Below are positions 50,294 to 60,776 of a DNA stretch of 64,000 nt, piece by piece. The notes under the pieces were generated by a model that worked only from the letters and a program-made list of their open reading frames with translations, was not told where the DNA came from and made no database searches. This stretch comes from Promethearchaeota archaeon (lineage in GTDB: Archaea; Asgardarchaeota; Heimdallarchaeia; Hodarchaeales; Hodarchaeaceae): the NCBI GenBank assembly GCA_048938105.1, contig JBHLMN010000004.1, positions 96,001 through 160,000 of the forward strand, written 5' to 3'. How positions within the stretch are numbered: the stretch's first letter is position 1; each line of letters opens with the position of its first letter. Made by a program: the position numbers and the translations under genes.

Positions 50294-51154
50294 TTAGAGT
50301 ACTCTTTTAGGCGTTAATACTCGAAAACGTGGAAAAGAATAATAGTTATTAGTTTCATCTTCTATTAATGAGACTGAATTTGATTTAATTTTCTCGAATC
50401 CTTTTATCACTTCTTCTAAAAATGATCTATCTAGGGGTGTCTGATTATGAGCAGGGAATAGAATTTCAACGGAGTCTAGAAGACTTTTTAGTCTTTTAAT
50501 CGAAATGATATAATCTTGGAGGTTACTTCCCTGTAAGTGAGCATATAAAGGCCCTTGATAGATGACATCACCTGTAAATAAATGCCCAAAATCATGATTC
50601 CAAAGACAAATAGATCCAGGTGAATGACCAGGCAAATGAAAAACAGTCAATTCATACTCCCCTATATCAATAATGTCACCATCTTGTAATAATCGAGTTG
50701 GATTTGATGGAAAAATCCGATATTCCTTAAGATGAAAATCAGGGGGTAAAGCTCTCCAAATTTTTTCCTTTGTCATTTGCGTTTTTAAAAAATCATGTCC
50801 TACGCCAAGTTCTATTTCCTTTGCTTCTATCTTATGGATAGCGATTTCCTCAAAGAGATGATTTCCTCCAATATGATCCCAATGTGAGTGTGTATTTATT
50901 ACTTGAATAGGTAGTTTTGTATATTGCCGTGTGACTGATTTAATATTTGCAATTCCCATTCCAGTATCAATCATTGCAGCCTTTTCTGATCCAATTATTA
51001 AGTAACTGATAACTTCTTCTGAGTGGCCTGGTTCTTGGATTGCATAGATATCTGGACAGTTTTTTCGTTGATCCTGTGGTTCAGAGACCTCAAACCAATT
51101 TTGAGACATTTTCATCATATTTATCCAAAAAACTTTTCTACACAATTTGGGCAT
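50294..51154 (-). CDS. Metallo-beta-lactamase-fold hydrolase
   Basis: IDTG, THSHWDHIGG, PGHSPG, FTGD, PAH. The true start is probably one of the ATGs near 51118. Confidence 0.85.
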   Translation of the reverse strand: MPKLCRKVFWINMMKMSQNWFEVSEPQDQRKNCPDIYAIQEPGHSEEVISYLIIGSEKAAMIDTGMGIANIKSVTRQYTKLPIQVINTHSHWDHIGGNHLFEEIAIHKIEAKEIELGVGHDFLKTQMTKEKIWRALPPDFHLKEYRIFPSNPTRLLQDGDIIDIGEYELTVFHLPGHSPGSICLWNHDFGHLFTGDVIYQGPLYAHLQGSNLQDYIISIKRLKSLLDSVEILFPAHNQTPLDRSFLEEVIKGFEKIKSNSVSLIEDETNNYYSFPRFRVLTPKRVL

Positions 51155-51720
51155 AATATAGTCGTTTCTTCACCTTCACGTTTGATTTCATGTTCATGGG
51201 TCTTACAAATTAGATTTTTACATATTTGACAGGAATTCTGCGCTTCTTCTGTCCTACAGATATAACAATATTCAATAGTAGAAGGTGTTTTTCTTACTAA
51301 AGATGGGAATAACCGTGTTTTAATAACATCGACTATTACTAGAGGAATGTTTTGTTTATCGAGATTATCCTTGAGAATTCGCCAAGTATCGATAGTTAAA
51401 TTTCTTTTACTCCATTCATCCAGTTGATAAGCTAAATTCTGATAGTCTTTCTTCTGTTCAACAAGTCGTTCGGGATGTAGGATTACAGCAGGTATAATAA
51501 AGAATTGTTTTCTTCCATCCAGAATAAGTCCCCGTTCGTGTACCAAACCTGCTTTTATCATTATGTTTAGGTGATGATTCAAGCTTGCACGACTGAGATC
51601 ATATTTTTTTGCTAATTCACTTTTAGAAATGAATAGTCTCTGTAGAATATATTCAAATAACTCTAATCGTCTTTCATTGTCTAAAGCTTCAAAAATCTGC
51701 TTATATTTCCCAAGAGTCAA
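51121..51720 (-). CDS. ArsR-type wHTH regulator with a C-terminal Cys/His zinc finger
   Basis: FEALDNERRL...SRASLNHHL; C-terminal CYIC, CQIC, CKTH and CPNC. Confidence 0.75.
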   Translation of the reverse strand: MTLGKYKQIFEALDNERRLELFEYILQRLFISKSELAKKYDLSRASLNHHLNIMIKAGLVHERGLILDGRKQFFIIPAVILHPERLVEQKKDYQNLAYQLDEWSKRNLTIDTWRILKDNLDKQNIPLVIVDVIKTRLFPSLVRKTPSTIEYCYICRTEEAQNSCQICKNLICKTHEHEIKREGEETTILCPNCVEKFFG

Positions 51721-52030
51721 CTTGAATTATTCCCAAAAGAGTGTACTTGAGTTAATACGGAATTTCACAAAAATAATTAAAAAGTGTTCTAACTTCTATT
51801 TTTTTTTGATTGAGTTTTAATGCACCTTTTCAGGTGAAATTCTTTAGCTTTGGTTGAAGAAATCATACTAGCAATAATGTGAAGATTAATATTACAAACT
51901 CACCTGCTTTCTGAGTAATTTCATTCCTTTTTTACTCATGAAAAAGATCTACGGAAATCTTTAGAGAACTTCATTAAATTAAGTCATTTTTTAGGCTAAT
52001 TGAATAATAATCACAAGACTAACCCTTTAT

Positions 52031-52153
52031 GTGATTCCATCAGCCATATTATTCGATTTAGATGATACACTTTCTGATAGCGAAGTGATCATCATCCAAT
52101 CAGGGAAAAAACCATATAACCTAATGTTGAATGGAATGAAAACAACCTCTTGA
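52031..52153 (+). pseudogene. HAD-family hydrolase N-terminal remnant
   Basis: Manual translation MIPSAILFDLDDTLSDSE contains HAD motif I, but the ORF stops after 40 aa. Confidence 0.5.
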
Positions 52154-52239
52154 GAAGATAGATTAAGTAATTCCTAGACTAATACGCCTCTTAAATTTAA
52201 TTGAATAATTCAAAGATACCCGCTTAGGAAGGAAAAATA

Positions 52240-52818
52240 ATACCTCATCGAATTTTTGACTTTTTAAGTCCAATTTATGATTTATTAATTCGTGGTGAAC
52301 CTCCTGAGGATTTAATTCCATTATTAAATCTCACAGGTGATGAGGTGATACTAGAGATAGGCGCAGGAACTGGAAGGATGATCCAATCATTATCTCATTT
52401 ATGTTCAGATCTCTTTTTACTTGATCCTTCCCCAGCGATGCTTGCAAAAGCACGTATCAAAATTCCCTGTGCTAATCATTGTTTGGGTTATGCTGAGTCA
52501 TTACCTTGGCAAAAAGCGTTTTTTGATCGAGTTTTTGCGATTGATTCTCTTCATCATTGGAATAATCAAACAAAGGGATTAGCTGAAGTTTACCGTGTTC
52601 TGAAGAATCAAGGTAGTTTTATATTAATTGAATTTGATCCTAATACACGTTTTGGTCATTATATTAGGTCAATGGAGCGTTTATTACAAATGGGATCCAA
52701 TTTTTATTCTCCGCGAGAGATTAAGAAAATTTTATCAGCTACTGGCTTTACTGTTTCCAAACAATACTATATTGACGGTGTTACGTATGTAACTGTTGCT
52801 GGAAAGGCTTTAGGGTAG
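52240..52818 (+). CDS. Class I SAM-dependent methyltransferase (UbiE-like), probable ATA start
   Basis: LEIGAGTG, DPSPAML, FDRV, RVLK. The typical N-terminus FDFLSPIYD lies upstream of the GTG at 52345, after SD AGGAAGGA. Confidence 0.75.
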   Translation: MPHRIFDFLSPIYDLLIRGEPPEDLIPLLNLTGDEVILEIGAGTGRMIQSLSHLCSDLFLLDPSPAMLAKARIKIPCANHCLGYAESLPWQKAFFDRVFAIDSLHHWNNQTKGLAEVYRVLKNQGSFILIEFDPNTRFGHYIRSMERLLQMGSNFYSPREIKKILSATGFTVSKQYYIDGVTYVTVAGKALG

Positions 52819-52854
52819 TTTTAGGATCTTCTAGATTTTCAATAGGAAAAAATA

Positions 52855-53313
52855 TCATATGATTTGAGGTTCAGCACTAGATAATCTTGATAATTCAATT
52901 GTAATTCTATCTTTCCATATTTTTAATTTCATTCCTAGGTTTCTGACCTCATCTAACTTAAGATCTCTGTTTTTTCTACTCATTTTCCGTTTTAATCTCG
53001 TTACAATCATTTCTTTTTCAGAATCTTGATCCTGACTTTCCTCAATCTTCCTTTTTATCTCACTATAGTTTTTTGCCAATTGGTTTATATATAAAGAAAT
53101 ATCTTTTTGGATCTCTTCGGAAACCTCCAATAAGGTCAATTCATCAAGAATATACCTTAAAGAATCATAAACACGTATAACCTTTATTTGATGTCTTTCT
53201 CTTTTTTCTGTACGTTGTGCTGTCTCTGTCACTAACTCAATCTCTCGGGCTAGCTCACCTAGTTTGTGTCCTAAAATAAATAAGAGCTCGTTGTTAATTA
53301 TCCTCATTTTCAA
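52855..53313 (-). CDS. Helical/coiled-coil hypothetical protein
   Basis: Charged heptad-rich ORF downstream of the longin gene. Confidence 0.6.
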   Translation of the reverse strand: MKMRIINNELLFILGHKLGELAREIELVTETAQRTEKRERHQIKVIRVYDSLRYILDELTLLEVSEEIQKDISLYINQLAKNYSEIKRKIEESQDQDSEKEMIVTRLKRKMSRKNRDLKLDEVRNLGMKLKIWKDRITIELSRLSSAEPQII

Positions 53314-53354
53314 TTGACCCTATTTATTTAGAGGTTATCATTTAGTCCGAATTT

Positions 53355-54122
53355 TCAGCCCTCAACAAATGATGTTATTATTTCCTTGATTCTCCACTGT
53401 GTGATGTCCAGATTATCTTCATCAACGAAGATAACAATGGTATAAGGAAAAATATTGAACATCAAACAATGAAAATTCTTTGATAAGGCTATTTGAAAAT
53501 TCTCAATAGGAAACGTTGTACGATTTGACAAGTCCAAGAGAGTTTTAATTGCAGTTGAAACTTCGCTACTAAAGACACTGAATTTTTCACTCGCAAGATG
53601 AGTATAAATCTGACTCATCTCAGGTCGTAAAAAAATAATCATGTTCTCAAATATTCTATCGTGATAACTATGAATTATATCCAATAATTTACTTAGTTTA
53701 GTTTCGTCAATGTGAATTAGTGAATTATAAGCTTCATTGCATTCTTTAGAAAAATCAGCATACTCTGATACGTCGATAATTGTTTTTGGGCTCATAAGTT
53801 TCTCCAATTTTGAATAATACTGATTTTCAAAATTCTCAACCAATCCTCTACAAAATTTTTCGAAAATTGGCCCTGTTTGATAGGTAAAAAGGACCCCATA
53901 AACATAATCCCCTTCAGTTAAAATTGCACTATAATGGCCGTAATTGACGATTTTCGTCTCCTGTTGGCCAAATGTCTCACCCATTACTTGCATGATGGCA
54001 CCAATTAATCCCCCTCTAATATCATGATCCGTGAATAACACATCAGGCCTAAATTCGTGCGTGAAGAGAGGAATTCCGCTCTCTTTAGTTGTTATTTCGA
54101 AGCCTATCATGGGAATACACAC
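53355..54122 (-). CDS. Longin-like domain fused to a roadblock-like domain
   Basis: ESGIPLF...GGLIGAIMQVMGETF longin pattern; the C-terminal alpha/beta unit resembles a roadblock domain. Confidence 0.55.
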   Translation of the reverse strand: MCIPMIGFEITTKESGIPLFTHEFRPDVLFTDHDIRGGLIGAIMQVMGETFGQQETKIVNYGHYSAILTEGDYVYGVLFTYQTGPIFEKFCRGLVENFENQYYSKLEKLMSPKTIIDVSEYADFSKECNEAYNSLIHIDETKLSKLLDIIHSYHDRIFENMIIFLRPEMSQIYTHLASEKFSVFSSEVSTAIKTLLDLSNRTTFPIENFQIALSKNFHCLMFNIFPYTIVIFVDEDNLDITQWRIKEIITSFVEG

Positions 54123-54557
54123 AGTGGAGGAAAAATAAGACTGGAATCGATCATGATTGAGTTAGTGGAACAGGTACACTTTCAGACTTATTTAGATTTC
54201 CATAAAGAAAATCATATTACCCTCTCTAGCTCTTGATGAAATGGATTACACCGAAAAATAACACTGGGTGAGGAAGGAAAAATGAAATTAGTAAATTAAC
54301 GAGTAAAAGAGTACACAACACTTCCCCGGGTATCTGGTGATCTGTTGAACCAAAAACGTTACTTAACCAATTTGAAAGTAATAGATACCGATCAAAAATT
54401 ATTTATAATTGAAAATAGTAATTAGTAGTAGTCTAAAAGAAGTTCAGGTACTCAAGTGCACAAATGACCCAACTGCTTACAACTTTAGGTTTTTATGCTT
54501 CTGAGTCAGGAAGGAAGACTTTGATCATCAACATTAGGCTATTTTGGTCTGAGAACC

Positions 54558-55673
54558 ATGCAGGAAAGCACTGAGCCAAGAGATAAGACACCAGTGGAAG
54601 GAAGAACGGAAATTACTCCAATTATTGCTCATCCACTCGCTCTAGCGATTTTTTTGTCGCTCATCTTTTCGCTGGCGGGATTGTTTCTGATGGTGATAGT
54701 CCCTCAAGAATTAAATAGCTTTTTAGAAAAAAATTACATCTCTGATCCGTTATCTGTTGATGAAGAATACATCGAAGTACAGGCGCAATATGAGTCAGTG
54801 TTAGCTTTTCTTAGCCCCCTAGCGTACCTTTCGTTCTGGTTACTGATTGTAATAATAATCCTTGGTGTAATCATTAAAAGGTATAAGCTGAGCTTTTTAG
54901 GATCCTTGACCTTCTACCTTCCGATTTTTGGTCAATTTGCTGGGATTATGGGCTCATTTTTTGCAGGCATTGGAGTGATTCGAACACTTTGGCTACCTTT
55001 TCTGGATTACACCCCTGAACTCTTGAATCTAGGCGTGATATTTTACATCCCAGTATTGGTAATGTTTTTTCTGATTGTTGTTCCTCTATTTTACATAATG
55101 CTTATTCTAAATGAATCACTCTTGATACCACTATTAGGAGAAGTAATATCAGTATCAATAATGAATATATTGATATATATGATCATTTTCTTTATTGCTG
55201 GAGTAGGTTTTTTTATTCTCACATTTGCAACGGCGACGTGGTTATATGGACGATTTCAAGGCAAAAAAATCATAGATTTTTGGATTTATCGTTATTCAAG
55301 ACATCCACAATATTTAGGCCTTATTATCTGGAACTATGGCCTTTTAATGCTATCAATACCTCCATTTGCCCTCTTCCCCCCCACGTTCCCTTTCCTCATA
55401 TTAACTTTGGTAATAGTTGGGATGGCTCTGAATGAGGAGAATACGATGATTCGACAACATACTGAAGAATATATTACTTGGCGAGAGCGAACACCTTTCT
55501 TAGTTCCTTTACTCCAAAGAATCAGCTCATTAATTACGTATCCTATGAGAAAGGTGATAAAAAAGGAGTGGCCTGAGAATAATAAGGATATTATCGTGGT
55601 TCTGCTGATTTATGGTGGTATTGTGGTCTTGTTGTCGCTTCCTCTTTTGAATATTCCTCTATTCGGCCGCTAG
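54558..55673 (+). CDS. ICMT/PEMT (DUF1295)-like membrane methyltransferase
   Basis: IYRYSRHPQYLG, EE and YITWRERTPF motifs. Confidence 0.75.
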   Translation: MQESTEPRDKTPVEGRTEITPIIAHPLALAIFLSLIFSLAGLFLMVIVPQELNSFLEKNYISDPLSVDEEYIEVQAQYESVLAFLSPLAYLSFWLLIVIIILGVIIKRYKLSFLGSLTFYLPIFGQFAGIMGSFFAGIGVIRTLWLPFLDYTPELLNLGVIFYIPVLVMFFLIVVPLFYIMLILNESLLIPLLGEVISVSIMNILIYMIIFFIAGVGFFILTFATATWLYGRFQGKKIIDFWIYRYSRHPQYLGLIIWNYGLLMLSIPPFALFPPTFPFLILTLVIVGMALNEENTMIRQHTEEYITWRERTPFLVPLLQRISSLITYPMRKVIKKEWPENNKDIIVVLLIYGGIVVLLSLPLLNIPLFGR

Positions 55674-55803
55674 ATCTCGTTTCAATAGGAAAAAGTTTAA
55701 TATAATTTGAAACCAGAAAATTAATGTTAAGGAAACTACTCATCTATTCATTTGTTTGTAAACTTAAAAACAAAAAGTATTGATTCTGTTGAATCGAAAG
55801 CTT

Positions 55804-57525
55804 TTATGTAAACATTCGTTTTGTGATCCATTCTAATATAGAAATGAATATCAAACCAATAATGATGCTGAAACCTGTTTCCCAATTGTGAAGAATAGAT
55901 CCCGAAATAATCTCTGTTAGTTTGAAATAAGCAAAAATTATGCTGTATAAACCCACAAAGATTACTATCCATTTACGAATCTGATTTTCAATGTTTTCTG
56001 TTGTGAAGGTATAACGATTATTTATCTTACCAAAGAAGAAGGCATACAAAATAAGGAATACATATACGGCTATAATATTTACAAAGAAGATTTTAATGAA
56101 TGTATAAAGCATACCAATTGTTATAAACTCTTGAAAGAGGAGGAAAATGAATAGATTAGGGAGGAAGACAGCTATTGTTATGATGAATTGTTTAGATCGA
56201 AAAAGATCCCTCTCTTTAAAAGGTAAAGTAGCAAGTAATCCTCCAAGATTCCTTTCAGATAATCTTAAACTATGATAAAGAATGAATATTAGGATTCCTA
56301 CCAGAAAAACGAGTATTGTTATTATAAACCACAATGGGCCCCCATCACTACCAATATATCTCTCTGGCATTGTAAATGACAGCATAATTATGATTAAAGG
56401 CATTGATAATCCACCAAAAAATAGTGTAAGAGCGCCATAATCACGAAAAACCATTGTTAAGGTCTTTTTCATGAATGTTACAACTGGAGTGGATGTTTTA
56501 ACTTGTATGACAATATCTTTTTCTGAAATAGCTTTATGTCTTTCTATAGCTGGTTCAAAAGCTAGTTTTTGTATGAGTGAACTTCCTTTCCTGAAAGCAA
56601 CTACTATAAAACTTAAAAGAATGCAAACTCCAAAAATCGATGATAATGTGAGAGGAAAAGATATCGAACTAGAAGGGTGCAATAAGATTAAAGTAGTTAA
56701 ATAATTGCTAGAAAAGGGGAATGGGATTAATGAGAGAAGAAAATTAATTTCCAGATTTATTTCTCCCGTGATAAGGTTTGAATTGAATAACTGATTAATA
56801 ATATGATAGAATGATGACATAAGAAAGAATATAGGGATTACTGTTAGTAAATACACTACCATTGTGAGGACCGTTATAAGTGGTCCTATTGGAGATTTAT
56901 CTGTTTTATTAAAAACTTTTTGAGCTAATATCCAGGCGATTATTACAAGTACTGGAACAATGAATCCCAGATTAATGAAATTATTAATTAAAAGAATAAA
57001 AAAGATCAGTGGTGAAAGTGTGATAATTAATCCTGCTACTGGAAGAATAAAAAGAATAAAAATTAATTGGATTGCATTCATTCGAAAGAAAACATAAAAG
57101 GTTAACTGGGTCATATCATGCGAGCTTAGCGGAAGAGGACGTAATAATTTGAAATAATCTCCTCTCATAAAAGTGACATAATTCATTAAACCAGCCATAA
57201 ATAGAATAAATAAAATATACATATTATAAATCGATAATATTATACTATTTGTAAATACAATTGCATTAAAGTTACCAGAAACAATGTTTACCGAGAATAA
57301 ATGTAAAATACCTATTACTGGTAAAATTGTCATTACTCCTAAAATATAACAAATAAATAATCCACTAAGGAGGGCCAATCTCCTTTGAGATTTCATATTT
57401 TTTTCATATTTTTCAATAGTTTCGACTTTAGTGGATATTCCTGTGGCTAATTGTGTTTGAAAATAGATTTCTTCGTGGATTTTTTTAGAGAATTGCCAGA
57501 GTTCACTACGAGATAAGTTTGACAA
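55804..57525 (-). CDS. ABC exporter permease
   Basis: Multi-TM with LLRPLPL and LATLPF loops; directly downstream of an ABC ATPase. Confidence 0.7.
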   Translation of the reverse strand: MSNLSRSELWQFSKKIHEEIYFQTQLATGISTKVETIEKYEKNMKSQRRLALLSGLFICYILGVMTILPVIGILHLFSVNIVSGNFNAIVFTNSIILSIYNMYILFILFMAGLMNYVTFMRGDYFKLLRPLPLSSHDMTQLTFYVFFRMNAIQLIFILFILPVAGLIITLSPLIFFILLINNFINLGFIVPVLVIIAWILAQKVFNKTDKSPIGPLITVLTMVVYLLTVIPIFFLMSSFYHIINQLFNSNLITGEINLEINFLLSLIPFPFSSNYLTTLILLHPSSSISFPLTLSSIFGVCILLSFIVVAFRKGSSLIQKLAFEPAIERHKAISEKDIVIQVKTSTPVVTFMKKTLTMVFRDYGALTLFFGGLSMPLIIIMLSFTMPERYIGSDGGPLWFIITILVFLVGILIFILYHSLRLSERNLGGLLATLPFKERDLFRSKQFIITIAVFLPNLFIFLLFQEFITIGMLYTFIKIFFVNIIAVYVFLILYAFFFGKINNRYTFTTENIENQIRKWIVIFVGLYSIIFAYFKLTEIISGSILHNWETGFSIIIGLIFISILEWITKRMFT

Positions 57526-57538
57526 GTGCTATTCCTTC

Positions 57539-58324
57539 CTATGTTTTCCCCGCAAGTCGTTTCAAATTCGCAATGATCCCATTGGTTACCTCTTCCTGAT
57601 CAGTTAACTTTAAGAAGACTTCTTCTAGCGTAGCTCCTGCAGATTGGGCAAGTTCTTGGAGTTCTTCAAACTTCCCTTCAGCAACCATTTTCCCTTGGTT
57701 TATTATCCCAATTCTTGTACATAGAATCTGTGCTTGTTCCATAATATGCGTTGAAAATAGGATAGACCCACCATTCTTAATATGAATTTGAAATAACTCT
57801 TTTAATATGGCTGAAGATCGTGCGTCCAATCCAGAGAATGGTTCATCAAGAATTAATAATTTCGGTTTGTGGAGTAAGGCACAGATGATTTGGATCTTTT
57901 GTTTATTGCCATGGCTAAGGCTAGCTATTAGTGAATCATAATACCTTTTTACATTAAGAGATTTAAGGAGTTCATCAGCATCTAAAGAAGTTATCTGAGG
58001 GTCTAGTGCTCGTAATGAGGCAACAAAATTAAGTAGTTCAGCGACAGTCATGGATTCATATAATGAAAACTCCTCTGGAACATAACCAATGTTTTTCTTA
58101 ACTTTCGATGGAGTACTGATAGGGTCATCTCCAAAAACAGATATATTTCCTGAATTGATTTCAAGTAAGCCGAGGATTGATTTAATTGTCGTGGATTTGC
58201 CAGCTCCATTTGGTCCCAATAATCCATAAACCTCCCCAGGTCTGACGGAAAAAGATAGCCCTTCAACCGCTTTAACAGAGCCAAAACTCTTTTTTAGATT
58301 GTTTACAACTAGAACTAGTTCCAT
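57539..58324 (-). CDS. ABC exporter ATP-binding protein
   Basis: GPNGAGKS, LSHGNKQK, LDEPFSGLD, STH. Confidence 0.9.
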   Translation of the reverse strand: MELVLVVNNLKKSFGSVKAVEGLSFSVRPGEVYGLLGPNGAGKSTTIKSILGLLEINSGNISVFGDDPISTPSKVKKNIGYVPEEFSLYESMTVAELLNFVASLRALDPQITSLDADELLKSLNVKRYYDSLIASLSHGNKQKIQIICALLHKPKLLILDEPFSGLDARSSAILKELFQIHIKNGGSILFSTHIMEQAQILCTRIGIINQGKMVAEGKFEELQELAQSAGATLEEVFLKLTDQEEVTNGIIANLKRLAGKT

Positions 58325-58331
58325 GATAGGT

Positions 58332-58661
58332 TTACACCTGAAAGACGTTCATCATGATGTCTTTATACTTATCAAAGGCTTTACGCCCTTGTTCGGTAAT
58401 CTTTAAGACAGTAACAGGTTTTTTTCCTCGAAAAACCTTCTCAATTTCGATATAACCCGCATTCTCTAGTTTGGAAGCATGTGAGGAAAGATTACCCCAG
58501 GAAAGATTAGTTTTTCTTTTAAAAAAGATAAGATCAGCATTCTCCATAATATAAAGATGAGAAATAATAATGAGGCGGGAGGGTTCATGAATAAGCTTAT
58601 CAATGATAGAAGGTTCAGGGACATCAATATTATTATTAATGTTGGTTTTTTGATTAGTCAG
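58332..58661 (-). CDS. Small wHTH transcriptional regulator (probable CTG start, 109 aa)
   Basis: The family motif IDKLIHEPSRL lies upstream of ATG 58547. CTG at 58661 overlaps the upstream TGA (CTGA) and follows GGAGG. Confidence 0.8.
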   Translation of the reverse strand: MTNQKTNINNNIDVPEPSIIDKLIHEPSRLIIISHLYIMENADLIFFKRKTNLSWGNLSSHASKLENAGYIEIEKVFRGKKPVTVLKITEQGRKAFDKYKDIMMNVFQV

Positions 58662-59305
58662 GACTTCTCTTCCTCCATATGAATCACTGGATAGTTTCGG
58701 ACAAACCTAATGTACCTTATAACTCCCAGAATAATAGCTGAAACGCCTAAAGTGAAGAAATAGAGATATAACCCAATCATTTCATCAGGAAAGTCAAGCA
58801 TAGCGAAGAAGAAACCAAGTATTGTTGAGAAAGCTCCGAGAAAGTAATAACGCTGCTGATTAGTTTTCCCTACAAGGAAAATGCTGGGACCGAACATTAT
58901 TAGCCCAAAAAGAAATGGTATCCACTTATATATCAGAGATAAGTCGAACTCTCCCTCAACGATGATCATCATTGAAAGAGTAATAACAAAACTTGCTAGA
59001 AAGAGAAGCAAGAGTATAAGAAGAGATTTTTTCATGGAATATCCTTCTTTATCCTCTTCTCGTTTGAATTCCACTCTCCCTAGACGGGGATAAGTCGTAC
59101 GTTCACGTATGAACTCGACAATAGGTTGAGCGAATAGGATGAAGCAGACATAAAATGTGATGAAACTTACGTGGATAAATAGTATAGGTAAAAATATTAG
59201 TACAATTCCTAAAAGTATCTCAGTAATTCCATCAATCATGAATTCATGGAAAGTCTGCTGTTCAATTTTCTTCAGATCAATTTTATCATTCTGTCTTTCT
59301 ACCAT
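58658..59305 (-). CDS. Membrane protein, first gene of the regulator/ABC operon
   Basis: DGITEI, TYPRLG motifs; about 6 TMs. Confidence 0.7.
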   Translation of the reverse strand: MVERQNDKIDLKKIEQQTFHEFMIDGITEILLGIVLIFLPILFIHVSFITFYVCFILFAQPIVEFIRERTTYPRLGRVEFKREEDKEGYSMKKSLLILLLLFLASFVITLSMMIIVEGEFDLSLIYKWIPFLFGLIMFGPSIFLVGKTNQQRYYFLGAFSTILGFFFAMLDFPDEMIGLYLYFFTLGVSAIILGVIRYIRFVRNYPVIHMEEEKS

Positions 59306-59432
59306 TTGAAGTCAATTAATATCTTGACTTCACATCTATAAATAGCTTTGTATGAAGGAAGTACTTTTTGCAAAGTATTTATTAAAATAAATTCAGATTG
59401 ACTTTCTTCTTGTAAAAAAATATTGAGTGATT

Positions 59433-59470
59433 GTAAAGTTCTCTTTACTAACTGTAAAAAGGTTTTTACA
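59433..59470. promoter_or_regulatory. Tandem palindromic operators GTAAA-N6-TTTAC
   Basis: gtaaagttctctttac (59433-59448) and tgtaaaaaggtttttaca (59453-59470) in a divergent promoter. Confidence 0.55.
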
Positions 59471-59558
59471 AACAATAGAGAACAGAAATCGGGTGTCAAT
59501 ATGCATAAACTTATAAAATCCGGCCCTGTAAAAATTATATAGATTAATTCCTGATAAA

Positions 59559-59837
59559 ATGGAAAAAATGGTGTACAGCATGGTGAATATACTTCAAGAT
59601 CTTGGTGAACTAGTTTGGATTCTATTACCTCTTATGGCTACTCAGATAGGATTGATCATTGTTGGCCTTTGGGAGTGGAACAGAAAAAAAGAGATTTTGG
59701 GCCAAAATAAGATAATCTGGTTATTAATAATAATCTTCATTAATTTCTTCGGGCCAATTATCTTTCTTATTTATAGTCAAAAAATCAGCGCTTCTGTAAC
59801 TACAGTAGGATCTGAAATTGATGATTGGGAGGTATAA
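59559..59837 (+). CDS. PLDc_N-domain small membrane protein
   Basis: KIIWLLIIIFINFFGPIIFL motif; leads the ABC operon. Confidence 0.75.
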   Translation: MEKMVYSMVNILQDLGELVWILLPLMATQIGLIIVGLWEWNRKKEILGQNKIIWLLIIIFINFFGPIIFLIYSQKISASVTTVGSEIDDWEV

Positions 59838-59840
59838 TAT

Positions 59841-60776
59841 GTGGAAAATATAATTGAGATAAGGAATTTGAGTAAAAACTATGGTACTGTGAAAGCTTTA
59901 GATAATGTGACTTTATCTATTCCCAAAGGATCAATTTTCGGATATTTAGGGCCTAATGGCGCTGGGAAAACAACCACATTAAAGATTCTTGTCGGTTTAC
60001 TTCGATACTCTCAAGGATCTGTAAAAATCTTCGGGAATGAGGTGAAAAAAAATTCAGTAGAAGTCAATAGAAACATAGGATTTCTTCCTGATGCGGAAAT
60101 GCCACGCCATGATTCCATCTACCGATTTTTAAATTTAACAGGTAAGTTACATAAGATTACGAACAGAAAAGAACGAATCTCAGAAGTCCTAGTGCAAGTT
60201 GGTATGAAAAAGTTATGTAAACGAAAAATAGGATCTCTTTCAAAAGGACAAAAGCAGCGGGTGGGTATTGCTAATGCTTTGATGGTCAACCCTCAACTTC
60301 TGATTTTAGACGAACCAAATAATGGCCTTGATCCAATTGCCCGAGTAAGAGTTCTCACTTTGTTAAAAGATTTAGTCAAGAATGGAAAGACTGTTTTTCT
60401 ATCTTCTCACATTATTGGGGAGGTGGATAAAATCGCGACAAATATAGCAATTATCCATCAAGGAAGAATAATTGAGAAGGGGGAAAGGAAGAATTTAGTT
60501 AAACGTTATCTAAACCATAGTAAATATATCGTTGCTGGAAAAATAGACAAAGAAATCGCCATGAGATCGTTAGAGTATATCACTTCATGTCAACAAGATC
60601 ACCTAGAGCGATATATGATAACAACTTCTGGAAATGTTACTGAAGAACAACTTCTTGTTGATTTGATCCAAAAGGCAAATTCAAAAATTAAATACTTCTC
60701 TTCAGAGGAGCTTTCCCTAGAAGATCTATTTCTTGAAACTATCAATGGGCAATTAAAGAAAGGTGACTATGCGTGA
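59841..60776 (+). CDS. ABC-2 exporter ATP-binding protein
   Basis: GPNGAGKT, LSKGQKQR, LDEPNNGLD, SSH. Confidence 0.9.
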   Translation: MENIIEIRNLSKNYGTVKALDNVTLSIPKGSIFGYLGPNGAGKTTTLKILVGLLRYSQGSVKIFGNEVKKNSVEVNRNIGFLPDAEMPRHDSIYRFLNLTGKLHKITNRKERISEVLVQVGMKKLCKRKIGSLSKGQKQRVGIANALMVNPQLLILDEPNNGLDPIARVRVLTLLKDLVKNGKTVFLSSHIIGEVDKIATNIAIIHQGRIIEKGERKNLVKRYLNHSKYIVAGKIDKEIAMRSLEYITSCQQDHLERYMITTSGNVTEEQLLVDLIQKANSKIKYFSSEELSLEDLFLETINGQLKKGDYA

